This document shows, piece by piece, positions 57,480-64,000 of a DNA stretch of 64,000 nt. How positions within the stretch are numbered: the stretch's first letter is position 1; each line of letters starts with the position of its first letter. Source of the DNA: Paragordius varius. Its lineage: Eukaryota > Animalia > Nematomorpha. Under the pieces are notes generated by a model, which was not told where the DNA came from, did not search any database, and saw nothing but the letters and a program-made list of their open reading frames with translations. Location: NCBI GenBank assembly GCA_964247055.1, contig OZ176053.1:6262001-6326000 (forward strand), given 5' to 3'. The position numbers and the translations under genes were made by a program.

Positions 57480-59000
57480 AGCTCCAACACGCCATTTTTG
57501 TATGGCTCAGTTTTAAACCGGTAGACCCCTACCCATAGACCTATGTGGAAAAAGCGCTGGGTTAAATTCTTTGCCTTTGTAGGGCAGATGAATCATCTTT
57601 ATACAATGGGTTATTCGAAAAAATACTTCAAAACTAAATTATGTTATATGATGGCGTATTTTTAGGGCATAAAGGCTCCAAATAAAGACTAATAAAAACG
57701 CCTGATTTTTTTACCTAGTTACGGATAATATTTCAAGCTTTTTATGAGCTCATATGGCTTCATAAATTTTCTGTAAATTAGGCCAAAACAAAGCAGTTTC
57801 TATATAGTGGTAAAGTTTTTGGCGGTAGCTCCTAACCCAGGGCAGGTATAAAAAAGCGCTGGTTAAAATTTTGCCCTCATATGGGGAATGTCTGCAATTA
57901 TTATGGAATCCATATGTTCCTATTAGACTCATAGGTTTTCTGAAATTTGGCTCCTAAGGCATGCTGTATCGAGATGGTGACGCACTTTTACGCGGGTAGC
58001 CCCAGGGGCAAAACAATAAAACACTCGATTAATTTTTTGCCTTAATTCGGGTAATACTTGGAATCATGATTGAATCCATATGCTCTCGTAATGCCCCAAA
58101 ACCAAGCCATTCTATAGTGGCGCATTTTTCAGGGCAAGGGCCTAATTAAGGGGTAATTTAATAAAACCGCTCTATTCAAATTTTTGTCTTTTTACGCAAT
58201 ATTTCAAGCCCTTATTAAACTCATGTGGCCTGATAATTTTTTAAAATTTGCCTCCAAAGTCACGCTGTATCGATATGATGGTGCAGTTGTAGGCGGGTAA
58301 CCCCCTACCCAGAAGCCAATATAAAAGACCATAAAATTTTTGCTTTTATAGGGAAATACCTGGAATCATAATTGAATCCATATGTTCTTAATATTTTTGG
58401 ATGAATGGCTTCAATACTAAATAATAATTCAATGATAGCGCATTTTTAGGGCGAGGGCCTAAACGGCTAATTTAAAAAAACCGCTAGACTTAAATTTTTG
58501 CCTTTTTACGGGTAATATTTTAGGCCTTTATTAAACTTATATGGCTTGATAAGTATTCCGAAAATTAACTCCTAAACAACGCAATTTCCATATGATGGCG
58601 CAGTTTTACCTTACCCAAAGGCTGATATAAAAACAGCGCTTATTTATAATTTTTGCCTTTTTACGGAGAATACCTGGAATCATTATCGATTCCATATGCT
58701 CCCATTAGTTTTTGGAAAAATTACCTTAAAACTAAAAAATCATTCTATAGTGGCGTATTTTTCAGGGCTTGAAGAGCCTAATTAAGGGTTAATTTTAAGA
58801 AATCGTACGGCCTAAATTTTTGCCTTGTTATGGGTAATATTTTAAGCACCTATTGAACTCATGTGGCCTGATAGGTTTTCTGAAATTTAGTCCCAACGCT
58901 GTTTCCATATGACGGGGCAGTTTTTAGAGGGTTTCTCCTTTCCCAGCAGCCAATATAAAAAACGCTCGACTAAAATAGTTGCCTTTTAACAGGGAATACG
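57480..59000. repeat. Diverged tandem array of ~10 monomers of ~155-160 bp with largely alternating A/B variants
   Basis: Recurring atggcgcatttttaggg...aaaaacgct...aaatttttgcc...acgggtaata at ~157-bp spacing. Monomers mostly alternate between cctggaatcat..atccatatgct and atatttcaagc..ctcat(a/g)tggc. Confidence 0.75.
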
Positions 59001-59184
59001 AATCCTTTTTAAATTTTTAGGGTCTCATACCTTGGGCGAAAAATAGATTCAAAAAATTATTTTTGTGGACTTAGCTTTTTCAAAAAAGTGGCATTTTACG
59101 GGGAGAGCGGGTAAAAAGAGGGCCTAAATTAAAAAAGTGATTATATATACAGGAGTGGCATATGTTGCATTATCTTTATTACTT

Positions 59185-59410
59185 ATGCACACATCTCATG
59201 TTAGCTAAATTTTTTACCTTTGGGTTTTACCTCTTAATAAGTATAATATCAAGTATTTTCGAATATTTTTTTTATATTTTGGTTCAATGTTATATAAGTG
59301 TAAACTTTTGCCATGGTTTAATTTATTCCACCTTTTTTGAAATATTTAATTTTAAAGCCTGGGGTATCTAATTAACCCAAATCGAAGGACTGAAATGCAT
59401 GTGTTGTATC
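59185..59410 (-). mobile_element. Partial copy of the family A MITE
   Basis: tttttacctttgggtttt...aatatcaagtattttcgaata...aatcgaaggactgaaatgcatgtgttgtatc matches 19400-19610. Confidence 0.7.
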
Positions 59411-60307
59411 CAAATATTAGAGGTGCAAGAAATTTGCCCCAAAAAATTTAAATGAAAAATGGTAGTTACGAAAATCTAAAAACACAATTTATTTTTATAC
59501 ATCTTATAATAATAGCTATCATTTTTTTAAACAAATCAAAAGTGCTTATATAATAATATATAAACAATTAAAACAAAGAGTAAATTAAAATTAGGTCAAT
59601 ATCAACGCTTGTGATTTTTGCATTATAAAATAAAGAATCCAAATAAAGCAAAGATTGCATGTTTCTTCTTTTATTTTTATAAATGTCGAATAATGGTTTA
59701 CATAATACCATAATGATATACTAACAATGAAGAGAGAGATTATCTAGTTATTTTTAAAACAAAAGTCTCATTTTAAATTTTGGATTTAGAAAAATGGGAT
59801 GGTTATTTTTAATCACAACAAAAAATTGTGGGAGGAGAGAATGAAGTAAGCAGTTTTAGAGTTGGGATTATTTTGAATCTTTTTAAAAGATATAAACTAA
59901 ATAGCATTACAATTTAATTAACTGGTTGCTTATGAAATCAATGTTTTTACTTGTAAATTGATTATTTTATTATAAGAATTAAAAGGGATGTTACAATATA
60001 TTTAAGAGATAATTGCTATCGAAACATATATGCGCATAGGGTTTTTTTTCAAAAAATAAAAAGATTGAAAACTTACAAGGATTATGGTAACATATAAATG
60101 TTATTATGTGTATGTATAAAAACAAACTCAAAAAGGAGGTGACTAAATTAGGTAAAATGGATTTAGACAGAATACGACAAATAAGTAGTATATTGATAAT
60201 CATAATAATAATAATACACCCTAAAACATATAAAAAATTATTTTCAATTTATTTTGGTATTGCGACAAAATCGACGACACTTTAAAATTTATAAACGATA
60301 TCCAATA

Positions 60308-63300
60308 ATGTTGCTGGTAGACAAATTTTTATATGGTTTGGTTTTGTGCGCAATAGCACCAATAATATATGGAAGAAATGCCCATTTACCTTCGCCAACC
60401 ATTGGAGTAAAAAATGAAAATAAGAATGCTACTATAGTCCATGTTGAAGTCCCCAAGGGTTCCCAAACTCATTTAATGAAATTATGGAGAGATATTGATG
60501 AACATAAATCAAAAGCCGTAACAAACGGTGGTGATGGTGGACATACGGCCTTTCCCACATCCTACAAAACTACATTGATGCAAAGTAGCTCTAGCTTAGG
60601 CTTTTCCAACTTTCCCAACACATCCACTTCCCTAAATCCTATGGATGTAAGGAAAGATTTAAAGAGTGTTATAGATACAATTATATCCCTCCCTCAAAAT
60701 GATTTAGATGCACCGTTAGCTCTTTCATTGCGTGAGCAACAAGTGAGAGATATGGTTAGCCCATTACAGCAACAACGCAGTTTTTCTCCCCAAAAACAAA
60801 GAAATATTGAGGAAAGCATTATAACGCTGCCCAATAACCGACATAGAATTGGTTGGGACATTTTCATGAAATTACATGATCGTGTAAATGGTGGCAACAC
60901 AGCTAGAAACGAAAATAATCTAATAACCGATAGAAGGGAACAAAATAGTGGACGGGAGGATACAAGACAAACCTCTAACAAAGATACTCGATTCAATTCT
61001 GTTGTCAAAAGCATATCATCCTTGTCTGAAAGTCGAAGCAGTAGCACCAGTAGCCGGAATGATAACAGAGGACGTCACCCAAAACCCACTGTAAGACAAG
61101 ATGAAAGCATTGATTTATCGGACCCTAATTGCGATGAAACTCAAAAGAACCAGGCCGCCACATTGGAATTTGGAGGATCCGAATCCGAGCCAGAAGAAAA
61201 CATTCCAATAGTAAAAATTTGTTATTTGTGTTGCACAAAATACTAAAAATTCTTAGAACACTTTTCAAAGCCATTGTATAATTTTATATAAATAAAAAAA
61301 TAACCTTTATATTGGTGAAAAAACTGTCATTTTAATCGATTTATGTTTTCCAGGCTTCTGCGCATTCCAAGACCATTTTAATTTTTTTATTTTAGCTTAT
61401 GTGGTTTTATTATAACAAAACGATCTATCTAACTGTTTATGCAGAAAAGTGTTAATTAAAATCAATTTTACATTTATATATATTATCTCATAGTGTAAGA
61501 AAACATTTCATTGCAATAATGGTCAGTTTAAAAAAATCTGTAAAAATTTTAAGATAAGTTTATTTAACCAAAATGAAAGGATACTAATTAATAATATGAA
61601 AAACTGTATAAAATTAATTATTGTCTAATTTGTATTGGAATTCCACCGTTGATAAATGCCAGTCTTAAGTTTGTCGAATGGTTTTTTGTTGGCTTAGAAC
61701 TTATTTTAAATTAACTTAATATTAAATAATACTTAATAGATGTAAAGTAAACGTTTTTATCGACTAGTTTGAAATATACGCATTTAATTAATATTTGGAT
61801 ACAATTACAAATTTTTTTGTTCATTTAGCATTTTATATTTTTTCTGGATATAGCCATCTTATATTAACTGCCGCGGAAAATCTGATGGATATTTTGGAGA
61901 TGATAGGACTCAATGCACATGTTATTATCGATGTGAAAAATCTGAAGTCATTGACTACAATTGTTGTTTGCAAGGTAAATTAAATTGTATATTTAAACAT
62001 TCGTAATCATTTTCAACCGGGACCTAATATGAAATTAAAATAAAAATCATTTATATATATTTATAAAATATTCTGATCTTATAATTCGGCCGATAGATAC
62101 AGTTAAGTAGGATAGGATTTATTTTTAAATAACCCTAGGTTATTTTCTCAAATTGTTAATTATTTTCAAACTGTTTGGTGCGGAGTAATTTTCATTGACA
62201 CAATATTTATATTAACATTGGTATAATTATATCTGAATCTTAGACAAAATTTATAAAAAAAGAGTCACATAAAAATATAATAATAATAGCAAACTCTTAT
62301 CTAAGGAATAAATATATATGTATAATTATATAAAAACAATTACCAAAATTACTAAATGAAAAAAACGCGCGGCCAAGCTGTCATTTTTTTAAAAAAAACA
62401 GTGTATATAAATTGAGTTGATAAAGCCAGACTACTGTATTAACAAGAAATTCAATACCCATAGGTTTTTATATATTTGTTAGTGTTATTTGAATTTCAGG
62501 TTATGATGGTGATAGTTAGGGCATCCGATTCCTGATATCCTATTACTGCAACATCGCTGTCAACTCTCAGTAGGCTAGTGTTTGGGATCCTTAAAAAATT
62601 TAAGTTGTTGCTTATTAGAAATAAGGAAAAAGATACTAAATATATATGTTTTTTAATTTAAATGTTATTAAACAAAACTGTTGTTGTTGTTATAAGCTAG
62701 TCATATACTGACTCTTGGCTTTCTCAAAGATTAGTGTTCTCCATTTTAGGAAAACACCGAATTTCACATTTTCACCTGAAAATAGTTTATAATGATAATG
62801 AAGATTGTTAGCTTTATAAGAACTTTGTTAAAATTTCTGGCGAAAACTTTTAACTCTTCTATATTTTTATTATGGACGAAATCAATTTTGCGTTTATTGG
62901 CTAAAAATAGTTTGAAACAATGTATAAAAGGTAAAAGTTGCATTTAAACCATTAAAGACGAAAAAAATGGTGCCGGGCATGGTTTTTGCGTTTTTGACCA
63001 GGCGTCTAAAGTTGGCTCTAATCTGCTTAGACATTAAATTATAAATTGGTAGATATTAAATCGATATTTATAGATTTTTTAAGCAACTTATTTCCCTTTT
63101 GTGTTTCTTTGCACAGCCGGGTTCATAGCAACTAAAGAAAATTAGGGTTTTTTTAGCAAAATAATTTAGCCAAGATTTTAGGTGTTTTAATTATATTCAA
63201 AGCCACTGCAAACATGGGGGTCTATGGCATAGAAATTTACATCTTAAAAAAATGAATTTTAAAATAAATCCTGAATTGAAATTACTGTTTATTTGGAATT

Positions 63301-64000
63301 GAACATTTTCTTTGATAAAAAGTCAAATGTTAATTTGCATTCCAAATCTTGATGATTTATTAAGCATTTAATGCTTTTCTTGACGGTTTTTCATTAATGT
63401 AAAGGAGTTATTGATTTTTTATCTATTAGGGTTAATATTCAATGAACAAGCCACGGGTGTTATACCAGAACGATCGCCCGAAAACCCGGTTTGTGATTAC
63501 TATCAAGAAGCTAGAAGAGATTGTCCTCGCATAAGTGGTTATGCGGATATGTCATGCGTTCGTGAAGTAGAAGACAAATTTTTTGCTGTGCAAGACGATG
63601 GATGTAAAAGCTTTTATGGGTGCTTTAAGGGGGCCACGCTCATTAGAAATAGGTTTAATTTTGGTTGTTATGATTTACAATACATAAAAATATGGCATAA
63701 TATTTTTGGAGGGTTATCCAATTTTACCTTAAATGATTAGTTTGCACGATTCTTTTTACTGGATTCTCTTTATTTAGATGGAAAATCATCTTTTATATTA
63801 TTACTTTATTACTTTAGATATAACATTTGGAAATTGCTTACAAATTTCTAAAAATTAATTATTTGTTGATTGACAAAGGTTATTTCATATATTTAAATCA
63901 ATTAATAAACGATATTTATTTTTTATAGCTGCCCTGGTGATTTATTATTTGATGAACGCCTTCAATCCTGTAATTACCCGGATATGGTGAATTGTCGTAA
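60308..64000 (+). CDS. Secreted chitin-binding type-2 (CBM14/peritrophin-A) protein, 3' end outside the window
   Basis: Signal-peptide-like MLLVDKFLYGLVLCAIAPIIYG, then a long S/T/R/N-rich region, then C..DGYFGD..CTCYYRC..C..GLIFNE..C and C..DGCKSFYGC..CPGDLLFDERLQSCNYPDMVNC. Exons 60308-61210, 61854-61974, 63430-63652, 63929 to the end; phases match. Confidence 0.82.
62496..63034 (-). CDS. Candidate nested antisense 3-exon gene (~93 aa)
   Basis: Exons 63034-62950, 62811-62709, 62589-62496, with GT-AG introns and matching phases (1 and 2). No recognisable domain. Confidence 0.3.

Noticed and set aside
60694-61047. 117-aa antisense ORF within exon 1 of the chitin-binding gene
   Set aside because: Same-register antisense shadow of a real coding exon.

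Overview
Very AT-rich eukaryotic (animal-type) genomic DNA, not prokaryotic. I assembled the gene models by hand with GT/GC-AG junctions and exon-phase checks; family calls come from recognised motifs, not database searches. Genes found: SHPRH (-, 18 exons), ZC4H2 (+, 6), TMA7 (-, 2), intronless cyclin C (+), SMC1A (-, 25), prefoldin 4 (+, 3), RPS8 (-, 5) and a secreted chitin-binding (CBM14/peritrophin-A) gene cut off by the window end. The clusters are separated by repeat-rich DNA: TTAA-flanked and hAT MITEs, a tandem trimer of foldback palindromic elements, a 3.4-kb hAT element with two opposed transposase remnants, an RTE-like remnant and a ~157-bp satellite. The main signal is gene architecture. 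Eleven obligatory introns of only 23-28 nt (one GC-AG) always come first in a gene and lie within ~560 nt of the start codon; later introns are 69-1788 nt, with one possible 31-nt exception. Three head-to-head gene pairs have only 40, 44 and 75 bp between start codons.
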